Shown: positions 48,635-58,411 of the stretch, in pieces | Layout: every line of letters starts with the position of its first letter | Numbering within the stretch: position 1 is the first letter of the stretch | Assembly: GCA_046327845.1 (NCBI GenBank) | Contig: JAXLXQ010000008.1 | Location: forward strand, 37,202 to 101,201 | Direction: 5' to 3' | DNA from: Candidatus Eiseniibacteriota bacterium | GTDB taxonomy: Bacteria > Eisenbacteria > RBG-16-71-46 > CAIMUX01 | DNA length: 64,000 nt | Notes under the pieces: model-generated | What the model was told of the DNA's origin: nothing | The model's input: only the letters and a program-made list of their open reading frames with translations | The model's database searches: none | Position numbers and translations under genes: made by a program

Positions 48635-49201
48635 GTGGCGAAGCCTGAAGAAGGCATGGCGAGCATGATCGCCAACTTGAAGACGAACACCGGCAAGAGT
48701 CTCGAACAGTGGGTGAAGATCGCACGGGCGGCGAAGATCTCGAAGCACCTCGAGCTGGTGAACTACATGAAGCGTGAGCACGGGTTCACCCATGGTTACG
48801 CCGCGCTGGTCGCGCGATCGACGCTCCAGACCGCGTCGAGCTTCGCCGAGAGCGGCGACGCGCTGATCGACGAGCAGTACGCCGGCACCAAGGCCGCGCT
48901 CCGGCCTCTCTATGACGCACTCGTCGCCAAGATCTCGAAGTTCGGCGGCGACGTCGAGTTCTCGGCCAAGAAGGCGTACGTCAGCGTGCGGCGGAAGACG
49001 CAGTTTGCCATCCTGCAGCCTTCGACCGCGACGCGCCTCGACGTCGGGATCAAGCTCAAGGGCGCCGCGCCCAGCGGTCGCCTCGAAGTGGCCGGCAGCT
49101 GGAATCAGATGGTCACGCACCGCGTGCGCGTCGAGTCGGCCAAGGAGATCGACGCCGAGCTGGTCGCGTGGCTCAAGGAGGCGTACTCATCGGCGGGATG
49201 A
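48635..49201 (+). CDS. DUF4287 + DUF5655 two-domain protein
   Basis: The N-terminal part (MASMIANLKTNTGKSLEQWVKIARAAKISKHLELVNYMKREHGFTHGYA) is DUF4287-like. The C-terminal part (YVSVRRKTQFAILQPSTATRLDVGIKL...VESAKEIDAELVAWLKEAY) is DUF5655-like. The true start may be the ATG at 48656. Confidence 0.7.
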   Translation: MAKPEEGMASMIANLKTNTGKSLEQWVKIARAAKISKHLELVNYMKREHGFTHGYAALVARSTLQTASSFAESGDALIDEQYAGTKAALRPLYDALVAKISKFGGDVEFSAKKAYVSVRRKTQFAILQPSTATRLDVGIKLKGAAPSGRLEVAGSWNQMVTHRVRVESAKEIDAELVAWLKEAYSSAG

Positions 49202-50669
49202 TCCGCGGAGGGCGGCGCGGCGCGGCAGGCGCGGTCTCGCGCGCTGCCCGGCTCTTGGCGTCGCTCGGACTCCTCGGCGCCCTCGCCTTCGCGGCGGTCG
49301 ATGTCGCGCTGCCCCACGCCGCATCTGCCGCCGAGGAAACGCTCATCCCCTGGGACAACGGCGGCCACGTCGAGCGACTCGACGCCCGCCTCCGCGATCG
49401 CGCCGCGCTCTGGCCCGGGCACTACGACGGCTTTGTCGAAGCGCGGCTCCTGCGTGCGAGCGACGGGACGACCGTGCTTCAGGTGCTCCGTCGGGATCAT
49501 GGACAGACGATGCAGGAGCGCGTGCCGCTCGAGGCCGCGGAGGTCGAGAGCCTGCGCGCCGCGGTCGGTGGTGCGATCGTCGCGCTCGCGCAGGAGGAGG
49601 CCCAGAGGGTCGACGCGCGCGGGCCGTTCCTCGCGGCGACCACGCTCACCGGACTCGGCTTCTACTCGTGGGGCGTGCCGGTCGGCGCGAAGCTGGAAGG
49701 CAAGGCCGCCGTCGGCACCGGCATGCTGTGCGCCGCCGCCGCGTTTGCCGTGCCGTACGCGGTGTCGTCGCAGGTGCATGTCACGCCCGGCATGGCGCAC
49801 CTCGCGTCGTCGGGGTTGTCGCGTGGGGCGGCGACCGGCGCGCTGGTGCATCGCGTCGTTGCTGGGCCGCAGGGCGACAGCGACTCCGGGATCGCCGCCG
49901 CAGTCGTTGGAAGCGTCGCCGAAGCGGCGGCCGGCTTCGAGTGCGCGCGGCGCTTCAAGCTCGATCCCGGGCGCGCCCACTTGATTGAGGCGGGCGGCGA
50001 CCTCGGCGCGCTCGCCGGCGTCGAAACCGAACTCGCCTTCCGGATCGGAGAGCGCGAGGAAGAGACGCTGCCCGGAGGCGGCACCACCTCCGGCGCCGAC
50101 CGCGGCATGGAGTACGTCACCGTGCTCGCCGGCAAGTTCGCGGGTCATGCACTCGGCGCGTGGTATGGCACGCGCGCCGCGCGACGTGGGGCGATGCGGA
50201 GGTGTTTCGCACCGCGTCGCTGCTCTGTCAGCTCACTGCGCTCACGCTGTGGGATCAGGGGACGGATAATAAGGAAGCGATCACGGGCGCGGTGCTCGGT
50301 GCGTCGCTCGTTGGGCCGTACGTCGGGCATCGTTTAACACGCGGGACCGATTTTCGGCCGACGCCGGCGGTGTTGGTTGATCTAAGCACGATCGCGGGTG
50401 GGGCGCTCGGGATGGCGGGGGTGTTTCTGCTGGCGCAGGATGATCCGGAGCCGGAGCAGTATTTGCTCGCGGGGACGACGGGGGCGCTGGCGGGGTTTGG
50501 GTTGAGTTATGCGGGGTTTCGGGGGAAGGCGGGGCGGGGGCTTTCGGGCGTGGAGATGGGCGTGGTGCCGGTGGCGCTCGCGGACCGAGCGGTGGGGCGT
50601 GCGAGCGCGCAAGTGAGGAGTGCGCGGGGCAACGTTCGGCCCGGGGTTGGCTTCACCGCGCGATTCTGA
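49168..50669 (+). CDS. Signal-peptide protein, possibly outer-membrane, whose 3' third reads in the -1 frame after ~50175; the 3' third also has atypical G/T-ending codons
   Basis: The signal peptide is LLASLGLLGALAFAAVDVALPHAASAAEE. ORF 49168..50337 and ORF 50160..50669 join plausibly at ...HALGAWYGT|RAATWGDAEVFR.... The C-terminus ends ...VGFTARF, with an aromatic residue as in beta-barrels. Confidence 0.4.
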
Positions 50670-51178
50670 GTCGGCTGTGTGGAGGCGGGAGTGGTTCCGC
50701 TACGGTGAGGGCTGGCGATTGGCCTTCGTTCGCGAGTGCGCGCCCTCTACCGTTACGCGCGCACCGACTCCCTGAATTCTCGGTTGTCGGAGAGCCGAGG
50801 CTGACGCACAATTGCACCGCCAACCGATTGACAGCCTCGTTGGTGGAGGGGCCATGCCCGGGATCGTCGCCGCGTCGATCCGATCGCCTTCGCGTCAGGC
50901 GTTGGGGTCGCGTGATCCAGAATACGAAGTCGCCATCGAGCGCCGGCGGCGCGGGCCGATAGGCCGCTGGGCGCGATACCTTAAACTAGATAACGTCACC
51001 GCCACGAGGCTGGGAGCACCGGGCTCGCAGTGGGTCGCGCGGACTTGCACTGCGGGCGGCTCATCCGCCCGAGTGTTACGTAGGCGAGTTACGCTGACGG
51101 GCTTACAGCGCTCAGGTGATTACACGGACCAATCGAATAGAAGTTAGGCGGTCTTCCGTGCTCGCATGCGGGGTTTCT

Positions 51179-51616
51179 ATGACCAGACGTGTTGATCTTG
51201 CCGGCGCTTCAGTTCTGTTACTCTTCCTCGTGCTTTCCGGCGGATGTGAAGACTCTACCGCGCCGTCAAATCACGATCCAGTCGTCACGTCGATACTCGC
51301 CTTTCCCATGCAAGTTCAGGAATCCGATTCATTTGCAGTCATTGTGTCAGCATATGATGCTGACGGTGACTCGCTCTTCTACGACTGGATCTGCTCGAAT
51401 CACAAGGCAACAATAGCAGGAGCACCAGCCGAGAACCCGTATCGTCTTATCCACACTCGGGATAATCTCGCGACACTCTACGCTCCGGATAGTCTCGCCT
51501 ATTCACCAAGCGAGGCAACTGTCTTCTGTGATGTTCGCGATGGCAGGGGCGGCCTGAAAACCGTCTACACCTTCGTCCTAATAACCGACAGGAGTGGCAA
51601 GCGATTGGGGCGATGA
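51179..51616 (+). CDS. Small lipoprotein with a He_PIG/cadherin-like (DADGD) Ig domain, carried on a lower-GC gene
   Basis: The signal and lipobox are MTRRVDLAGASVLLLFLVLSGGC. The body has VSAYDADGDSLFYDW. Codon usage is AT-richer than the surrounding genome (tca, aat, tat, ata, att). Confidence 0.55.
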   Translation: MTRRVDLAGASVLLLFLVLSGGCEDSTAPSNHDPVVTSILAFPMQVQESDSFAVIVSAYDADGDSLFYDWICSNHKATIAGAPAENPYRLIHTRDNLATLYAPDSLAYSPSEATVFCDVRDGRGGLKTVYTFVLITDRSGKRLGR

Positions 51617-51742
51617 CCCGACTAACTGCTGCATGGAGCTGCCGGCGGGCGCCGCCATCGTGGGTGAGAGACCTGCTGCGACCGGCCTTGCGCCCGCCGC
51701 AGCTCATGCATACGTTAGGCGGACACCAACCAGAGGTCGCGG

Positions 51743-52702
51743 GTGACAGTGCGGTATCGAGTGGTCACAACCCTATTGGCGGTCCTGGCACTCGCAGCTG
51801 GCGTGCCTCGGCTCGCCGGAGGGCAGACCGCCTGGCAGCCATCGCCAGGACACAGGCAGATTCCGATCTGGCCAGGGGTGCCGCCTGAGGCACGGCCAGC
51901 CGAGGGGCCCGAGGTGTCTGGCACCGTGGTGGACGCCGCTGGTCGAGCAAAGCTCGTAGGCGGTCGTCCGTGGGTCTACGTCGCCAAAGTCTCTGAGCCG
52001 ACGATGACCGTCTACCCGCCAGTTGGATCCAACACGGGAGCGGCGGTGGTTGTGTTTCCCGGCGGTGGCTACAACATTCTGGCGATCGATCTCGAGGGCA
52101 CGGAAGTCTGTGACTGGCTGACATCCAAGGGCATGACGTGTGTGTTGTTGAAGTACCGCGTCCCCTGCGCCAAGACCGGTGAGTATGGGGACTGCCGGAC
52201 GGCTCTACAGGACGCGCAGAGAGCTCTGGGGCTGCTGCGCTTCCAGGCCGCGCAGTGGCAGATCGACCCGCGCAAGATTGGGGTGCTTGGCTTCTCCGCC
52301 GGCGGGCACATGGTTGCCGCGATCAGCACACACTTCGAGAAGCGGCTCTATGACCCTGTGGATGAGGCTGACCTGGAGAGCTGCCGGCCCGATTTCGCGA
52401 TCGCACTCTATCCCGGGCACCTGGCGGTCCGCGCCAGGAACTTCGAGTTGAACCCCGACATTCAGGTCACCAACCGGACTCCACAGACCTTCTTGCTTCA
52501 TGCGGAGAATGACCGCATTGATCCGGTAGAAAACACCACCGTATATCAAGCAGCGCTGAGGAAGGCTGGAGTTCCCGTAGAGATGCACCTGTACAAGAAG
52601 GGCGGGCATGCGTTCGGACTACGGCGTACAGGCTCTCCGATCACCGAATGGCCGCAGTTGGTCGAGAAGTGGCTCGAAGCGATCGACATGATCCCGCAGT
52701 AA
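51743..52702 (+). CDS. Secreted alpha/beta-hydrolase esterase (BD-FAE/acetylesterase-like)
   Basis: The signal peptide is MTVRYRVVTTLLAVLALAAGVPRLAGGQ. The nucleophile elbow is GFSAGGH, and His is present in GGHAFG. The GC content (~62%) is below that of the rest of the window. Confidence 0.8.
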   Translation: MTVRYRVVTTLLAVLALAAGVPRLAGGQTAWQPSPGHRQIPIWPGVPPEARPAEGPEVSGTVVDAAGRAKLVGGRPWVYVAKVSEPTMTVYPPVGSNTGAAVVVFPGGGYNILAIDLEGTEVCDWLTSKGMTCVLLKYRVPCAKTGEYGDCRTALQDAQRALGLLRFQAAQWQIDPRKIGVLGFSAGGHMVAAISTHFEKRLYDPVDEADLESCRPDFAIALYPGHLAVRARNFELNPDIQVTNRTPQTFLLHAENDRIDPVENTTVYQAALRKAGVPVEMHLYKKGGHAFGLRRTGSPITEWPQLVEKWLEAIDMIPQ

Positions 52703-53152
52703 ACACGACCAGCGCACCGCACGCCGCTGTCAGTCAGACACGAGGCACCGACATGCTGCGGTGTTCGCCATCTTAACCGAGCCGCCTAACGAGTCGTTGC
52801 AGCTGACGAGCGATCTCCGGATCGCGCGCACTGCGCACGCGCGCCGATCTATGTCCGCAGTAGTTCAGACCTGAATTGACACCCAGGAATGGGCGCTGAG
52901 CATCGCCTTGCGACCGGAGGAGCCCGGAGGTTACGTCACGATGCTCGACCGCGATGCTTCACTGTCAACTCAGGCCGGAACTACTGCAGATCACCGTTGG
53001 CGCCCTCATGAGTCGGACCTAGCATGCCACCTCAGCGTCGGCCATCCAGTGCCACCGATGCATCAAATCAGGAAGCGGCTCGCACTCCACCGTCGCCAGC
53101 CAAGCCCGCGGCGCCGACGCGGAACCCCGAGGAGAAGCTCAGAAGGCCCCCC

Positions 53153-54175
53153 ATGCCCAACCCAAGTCCCGCGACCGACTCCCCCGCCGCACGCCTGAGC
53201 CAGATGCTCAACTACAACCTCACGCAAATGGTCTACGTCGCGGCCAAGCTGCGTCTGCCTGACCTCCTCGCCGAAGGAGTAAAGAGCGTCGACACTCTCG
53301 CCGTCACTGTCGGCGCCCATCCCGGCTCGCTGCATCGCCTGCTGCGCGCCCTCGCCCGCCAAGGCGTCTTCGCGGAAGAAGCACCGGGAGTCTTCGCCCC
53401 CACACCAATGTCGACGCTGCTCCGATCCGACGTCCCCGACTCGATGCGCCCCTTCGCGCTGTCCTACGGCGAACCGTGGTAGTGGAGTGCATGGGGCGCT
53501 TTGCTGCACAGCGTGCAAACAGGGGAGACCGCCTTCGACTCGATCCACGGTATGGGGTTGTTCGACTATCTCCGTCAATCCCCGGAGGCCACCGAGATCT
53601 TCCACGCCAACATGACCGCGATGACGGTCCAGGAGGCGCAGGCGGTGGTGGCGGCCTACGACTTCTCGAACACCCGCGTCCTCGTGGATGTCGGGGGAGG
53701 CCACCGAGCATTGGCCAACGCCATCCTTCGAGCTCATCCCCAGCTTCACGCTTTGGTCTTCGACCAGCCCTCCGTCATCGAGGGCACACGCATCCGCCTT
53801 GAGTCCGCGGGCGTTCTCGACCGCTGTGCAGTCCGGGGCGGCAGCTTCTTCGATTCCGTACCAGCGGGCGGCGACACCTATACCCTCAAGGACATCCTGC
53901 ACGACTGGGATGACGACGCGTCGCTCGCCATCCTGCGCAACTGCCGCCGCAGCATGAGCAGCTCGGCCCGACTGCTCGTCATCGAGCGCGTCATTCCGGT
54001 CGGCAACGATCCGATGATCGGAAAGCTGATCGACATCGGTATGTTAGTGCTGACCGGCGGGCAAGAGCGCACCGAAGCGGAGTATCGCGCATTGCTGGAG
54101 GCCGCCGGTTTCCGTCAGAGTGCGATCGTGGCCGCAGGCGAAGGGACCAGCGTCGTCGAGACGATCCCGGTCTAA
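53153..54175 (+). pseudogene. Class I SAM-dependent O-methyltransferase (plant/actinomycete COMT-like, with dimerisation domain) carrying an in-frame TAG at 53480-53482
   Basis: The dimerisation domain (LNYNLTQMVYVAAKLRLPDLLAEG...LHRLLRALARQGVFAEE) and the catalytic domain (LVDVGGGHRALANAILRAHPQLHALVFDQP...DTYTLKDILHDWDDD...) are in the same frame. They are separated only by TAG within ...LSYGEPW*WSAWGALLHSVQTGETAFD. Confidence 0.7.
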
Positions 54176-54229
54176 GCGCCTCGCTTGACCTGGAAGAACG
54201 CGGGCGCCGTCTGCAGAAGGGTGGGATCG

Positions 54230-55267
54230 ATGTCCGACTTGATCGACCTGCGGTCCGATACCGTCACCAAACCCTCACCCGCAATGCGCGCGGCCATGGC
54301 CGCTGCGCCCGTGGGGGACGACCAGTTCGGCGAAGACCCAACCGTCAACCTTCTGCAGGAGCGTGTCGCTGGCCTGCTGGGGAAGGAGTCGGCGCTGTGG
54401 CTGCCGACGGGCACGATGGCCAACCAGGTCGCGCTGCGAGTGCTCACGCGGCCCGGCGATGACGTGATCGTGAGTCAGGAGAGCCACGCTGTCTGGCACG
54501 AGACCGGCGCGGGGGCGGTCAATGCAGGGGTGCAATTCACGGCCATTGGTAAGAAGGGCCTCTTCACGCCCGAAGAGTTTGTCGCCGCGATCAAGCCGCG
54601 CGGGCATCTCCTCTATCCGCCGACCGCGCTGGTCGAGATCGAGAACACGCACAACCGCGCGGGCGGGGTCGTCTTCCCGCGCGAGGCGGCCGAGCGCATC
54701 TATGCGGCGGCCGCCGAGCGAGACATCGCGACGTATCTGGATGGGGCGCGGCTCTGGAACGCGGCTGTTGCTTCCGGTCATCGTCCGCTTGAGCTCGCGG
54801 CGCCTTTCGACCTGGTGTCGGTAGCGCTGTCAAAAGGCCTGGGCGCTCCGGGCGGTTCGTTGCTCGCCGGATCGACGGCGGTCATCCAGCGCTGCGTTCG
54901 TTACCGCAGGATGTTCGGCGGCGCCATGCGGCAGGTCGGGATCTTCGCGGCCGCCGGGCTCTACGCCCTCGATCACAACCTGGGGAGAATTGCCGAAGAC
55001 CACGCCAATGCTCGCTTGATCGCGGAGCACCTTTCCTCGAGCGAAAGGATCGCGTTGGACTTGGCCACCGTGCAGACGAACATCTTGGTCTTCGACCTGG
55101 GCGAGGGCGCGCCTGATGCGGCCTCAGTGGTCGCGCAAGCCAAGGAGCGCGGCGTTCTGGTCTTGGCCTTTGGCCCGCGAACGATTCGGGCCGTCACTCA
55201 TCCCGACGTCGCTCGGGAGCAGTGCGAACGAGCGGCTGAGGTGCTTCTGGATATCGTGGGGAATTAG
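54230..55267 (+). CDS. ltaE: Low-specificity L-threonine aldolase (PLP-dependent)
   Basis: The motifs are [24 protein letters not shown]...[19 protein letters not shown]...[11 protein letters not shown]...[15 protein letters not shown]. Confidence 0.88.
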   Translation: MSDLIDLRSDTVTKPSPAMRAAMAAAPVGDDQFGEDPTVNLLQERVAGLLGKESALWLPTGTMANQVALRVLTRPGDDVIVSQESHAVWHETGAGAVNAGVQFTAIGKKGLFTPEEFVAAIKPRGHLLYPPTALVEIENTHNRAGGVVFPREAAERIYAAAAERDIATYLDGARLWNAAVASGHRPLELAAPFDLVSVALSKGLGAPGGSLLAGSTAVIQRCVRYRRMFGGAMRQVGIFAAAGLYALDHNLGRIAEDHANARLIAEHLSSSERIALDLATVQTNILVFDLGEGAPDAASVVAQAKERGVLVLAFGPRTIRAVTHPDVAREQCERAAEVLLDIVGN

Positions 55268-55332
55268 GCGTGTGACGACGGGTGGAGCTGGCCGAGTACG
55301 TTCGCTCAGCGATTACGCGAAGGAAACCTCTC

Positions 55333-55851
55333 ATGCTGACAATTGAGCGCCTCACCCCCGCCCTCGCCCTCGCCTTCAAGTCCGCCCGCCTCCGCGCCCT
55401 CCTCGACTCCCCCTCCGCCTTCGCCTCCACCTACGCCAGCGAATCTCCACGGACCGACGCTGAGTGGGCCGACCGCGCCGCGCAAATGAACGGCGACCGC
55501 TCGACCTGCTACCTCGCGTTCGACGGCGACGACGCGTGCGGAATCGTCGCGGGCTTCCTCGATCGCGAGGACGCAACCAAGGCGCACCTCGTCTCGATGT
55601 GGGTCGCGCCGGAGCACCGCGGCACGGGACTCGGCCAACGGCTCGTCGCCATGATCCTCGACTGGGCGCGCGACCGCGGCGTCCGCACCGTCTACCTGAT
55701 GGTGACCTCGAACAATCACGGCGCGGCGCGCTTCTACGAACGACTCGGCTTCACCATGACCGGCCGCACCGAGCCGTACCCGCACGACGCGGCCCTCCTA
55801 GACCTGGAGATGAGCCGGGACCTGCACGGCGCGTCGCCGACCGTCGGCTGA
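55333..55851 (+). CDS. GNAT-family N-acetyltransferase
   Basis: Motif A reads VSMWVAPEHRGTGLGQRLVAMILDWARDRG...LMVTSNNHGAARFYERLGF. Confidence 0.8.
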   Translation: MLTIERLTPALALAFKSARLRALLDSPSAFASTYASESPRTDAEWADRAAQMNGDRSTCYLAFDGDDACGIVAGFLDREDATKAHLVSMWVAPEHRGTGLGQRLVAMILDWARDRGVRTVYLMVTSNNHGAARFYERLGFTMTGRTEPYPHDAALLDLEMSRDLHGASPTVG

Positions 55852-55937
55852 TTCCCCCGCCACAAAATTCCTGCACAATATCCCCCGCACTCATCCGTCT
55901 TCGAAAGTGGAAGCAACGCTCGACCGGATCGGGAGGC

Positions 55938-56486
55938 ATGGAGCGCGAACAGGACCAGCGGATCGCCGACATCGTCGAACGGGAGGGCTCGCGCCTGCGG
56001 GGCTTCATCCGTCGCCGCGTCAGCGACCCGGGGGAGATCGAGGACATCCTGCAGGACGTCTTCTACGAGCTGGTCGAGGCGAACCGACTGCTGGTGCCGA
56101 TCGACCACGCGGCGGGCTGGCTGTTTCGGGTCGCGCGCAATCGCATCACCGACCTCTTCCGCCGGAAGAAGCCGGAGAGGTTCGCGAGCGCGGGCGGCGA
56201 CGACTCGGGCGCCGCGGTCGAGGACCTCTTGCCGTCGCCCGAGGCGGGGCCGGAAGCGCTCTTCGCGCGGCGCGTGCTGATCGAGGAACTCGAAGAAGCG
56301 ATCGCCGAGTTGCCGGACGAGCTGCGCGAGATCTTCGTCGCGCACGAGATCGAAGGTCGGAGCTTCCGCGAGATGGCCGAGGAGAGCGGCACGAACATCA
56401 ACACGCTGCTCTCGCGAAAACGAACCGCGGTCCTCAGGCTGCGCGAGCGGCTTGCGGAAGTTCACGAAGCGTTCCGCGACGCGTGA
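55938..56486 (+). CDS. ECF (group IV sigma-70) RNA polymerase sigma factor
   Basis: Region 2 is ILQDVFYELVEANRLLVPIDHAAGWLFRVARNRITDLFRR. Region 4 is ELPDELREIFVAHEIEGRSFREMAEESGTNINTLLSRKRTAVLRLRE. Confidence 0.88.
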   Translation: MEREQDQRIADIVEREGSRLRGFIRRRVSDPGEIEDILQDVFYELVEANRLLVPIDHAAGWLFRVARNRITDLFRRKKPERFASAGGDDSGAAVEDLLPSPEAGPEALFARRVLIEELEEAIAELPDELREIFVAHEIEGRSFREMAEESGTNINTLLSRKRTAVLRLRERLAEVHEAFRDA

Positions 56487-56496
56487 GGAGAGTACG

Positions 56497-56832
56497 ATGC
56501 GCAAGAAGCTGTTCTGGATCGCACCGCTGGCCCTGACCGCCTTCGCCGGGTTCCTGGCGCTCGGCACCTACGTGGTGATGCGCCTGTGGAATTGGCTCAC
56601 GCCGGAGCTCTTCGGCTGGCACACGCTGACCTTCTTCCAGGCGCTCGGCCTGATCGTCCTCTGCCGGCTCCTCTTCGGCGGGCTCGGCATCTCGCGAGGA
56701 CCGCGGCGCGAGGTTCGCCATCGCTGGCAAGCGCGCTGGGGCGGCATGACGTCGGAGGAGCGCGAGCGGTTCACCTTCGGCATGCGCGGGCCGGGACGGC
56801 ACGAGGCGCCGCCTCCGCCGGCGGGCGTGTGA
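56497..56832 (+). CDS. Small two-TM membrane protein immediately downstream of the ECF sigma (candidate unconventional anti-sigma or partner protein)
   Basis: It reads MRKKLFWIAPLALTAFAGFLALGTYVVMRLWNWLTPELFGWHTLTFFQALGLIVLCRLLFGG, followed by a charged tail. It starts 11 nt after the sigma-factor stop. Confidence 0.5.
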   Translation: MRKKLFWIAPLALTAFAGFLALGTYVVMRLWNWLTPELFGWHTLTFFQALGLIVLCRLLFGGLGISRGPRREVRHRWQARWGGMTSEERERFTFGMRGPGRHEAPPPPAGV

Positions 56833-56893
56833 TCGCCTCGGCGGCCATGCGCTGCTGCTCTCCGACGTTCGCGGGCTGCGCGCGGTTCACGCG

Positions 56894-58411
56894 GTGGGCT
56901 ATCCTCGCGTACCGCCAGCCCGCGTCGTGGACCGGAAGAACGAGCGCCGCCTCGCTGGGTCACCGGGTGAGCGGAGGAGCACACGAGCGCACGCCCGTCG
57001 AGGGAGAACCAAGTTGGAAGACCCAGACCGTTCGGCGCAGCACTCGCCGCTGACCCCTCATCACCTCATCCCGATCGGTGACCTGCGCCTCGCCAACGAT
57101 CACCTGCGCGCAGCGGGCGCCGGACTCCTCGTCGCGCTGCTGACTCTGCTCGTTGCACAACCATCCGGCGCGCAGCAGCAACCGCCGGTACTCAAGGCGA
57201 CCTCGAAGACGGTGGACATCCGCGACGGCGGCAAGCTGCTGAAGGGGATCTGGTCGATCGACCCATCCTCGACGCTCGACATCTACGACGCAGAGCGAAC
57301 GGCCACGGACAAGACCGTGACCTTCATCACGGACATCGACTCCCTCTCGATCCAAGTCCAGCCGGGTCACACCTACGACTTCACGATCCTGCTCGGTGGC
57401 AACGAGGAGTGCCACACGCGCATCTCGACCATGACGCAGCCGTACAGGCGCGCGGTCGCGCGTGAAGCAGCCGGCCCGGACACCATTCCGATCACGATCT
57501 CCCACGGCAAGCTGCACCTCGCCGGGACGGTCAACGGTTCGAAGACGCTCGACCTGATCTTCGACACCGGCGCGAACACCAGCGTGCTTTATCCCTCGGC
57601 AGCCCGCGCGGGGGCGGAGCTTCGGCTAGATGGCGTCACCAACAACGTCGGCACGGGCGGCGCGACCCTGCGCCGGACCAGTCGTGACAACCGACTCGAG
57701 GTCGCGGGGCTTTACTGGGAGCACGAGCCCTTTCTCTACGTGGAGAAGCAAGCCGATCGCGCCGACGGGATCGTCGGGTACCCGGTCTTCCAGGACAAGG
57801 TGGTCGAGTTCGACTACGACCACATGGTGATGATCATCCACCCCGCGCTGCCGTCGCGCGCCTCCGACTATGCGCGGACCGTGATGCGCTGGATTCGCTC
57901 GATCACGGCCGTGGAGGTGGTTCTCGCGCGAGGAGAGCAGACGTGGAGCGGCCCGTTCTTCCTGGACACCGGCGGGACGGGGGCAATGAACGTCTACGAG
58001 GAGTTCTCTCGAACGCACGATCTGCGTCGCGAGCTACGCGGGCTCGGCACGAGCGCCTCTCGCGGCGTGGGAAGCGGCGTCGTCCGGAACGCGATCCTCC
58101 TGCTGCCGGAGTTGCGGCTCGCGGGGTTCACGCTTCGTGACGTTCCGATTCACGCGGAGCTCACGCCGGGGAGCGGCGGCCCCGAGCAGGGCGGCACGCT
58201 CAACATGGAAGTGCTCCAGCGCTTCAACGCCTTCCTCGACTACCCGCGCGACGCGGCCTATTTCAAACCTAGCGCGCGCTTCGGGGCCCCGTTTAAGGTC
58301 CCGCCGACCAGCCTGCCATGGATCATCGGCGGCGCCGTCGCGGGACTCGTCCTCGGCCTCGCGGGCCTGCGGTCGGCGATGGCCAAGCGCGCGACGTCGT
58401 CACGCATGTAG
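56894..58411 (+). CDS. Secreted, C-terminally membrane-anchored aspartic protease with two DTG motifs (pepsin/retropepsin-like); start probably internal, ~57020
   Basis: The signal-like segment is GAGLLVALLTLLVAQPSGAQQ. The two catalytic-type motifs are LIFDTGANTSVLY and FFLDTGGTGAMNVY, about 150 aa apart. The C-terminal TM is LPWIIGGAVAGLVLGLAGL. Confidence 0.6.
   Translation: MGYPRVPPARVVDRKNERRLAGSPGERRSTRAHARRGRTKLEDPDRSAQHSPLTPHHLIPIGDLRLANDHLRAAGAGLLVALLTLLVAQPSGAQQQPPVLKATSKTVDIRDGGKLLKGIWSIDPSSTLDIYDAERTATDKTVTFITDIDSLSIQVQPGHTYDFTILLGGNEECHTRISTMTQPYRRAVAREAAGPDTIPITISHGKLHLAGTVNGSKTLDLIFDTGANTSVLYPSAARAGAELRLDGVTNNVGTGGATLRRTSRDNRLEVAGLYWEHEPFLYVEKQADRADGIVGYPVFQDKVVEFDYDHMVMIIHPALPSRASDYARTVMRWIRSITAVEVVLARGEQTWSGPFFLDTGGTGAMNVYEEFSRTHDLRRELRGLGTSASRGVGSGVVRNAILLLPELRLAGFTLRDVPIHAELTPGSGGPEQGGTLNMEVLQRFNAFLDYPRDAAYFKPSARFGAPFKVPPTSLPWIIGGAVAGLVLGLAGLRSAMAKRATSSRM

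Noticed and set aside
45650-49120. 630-aa and 336-aa minus-strand ORFs
   Set aside because: They are antisense to gcvP, which is essentially certain.
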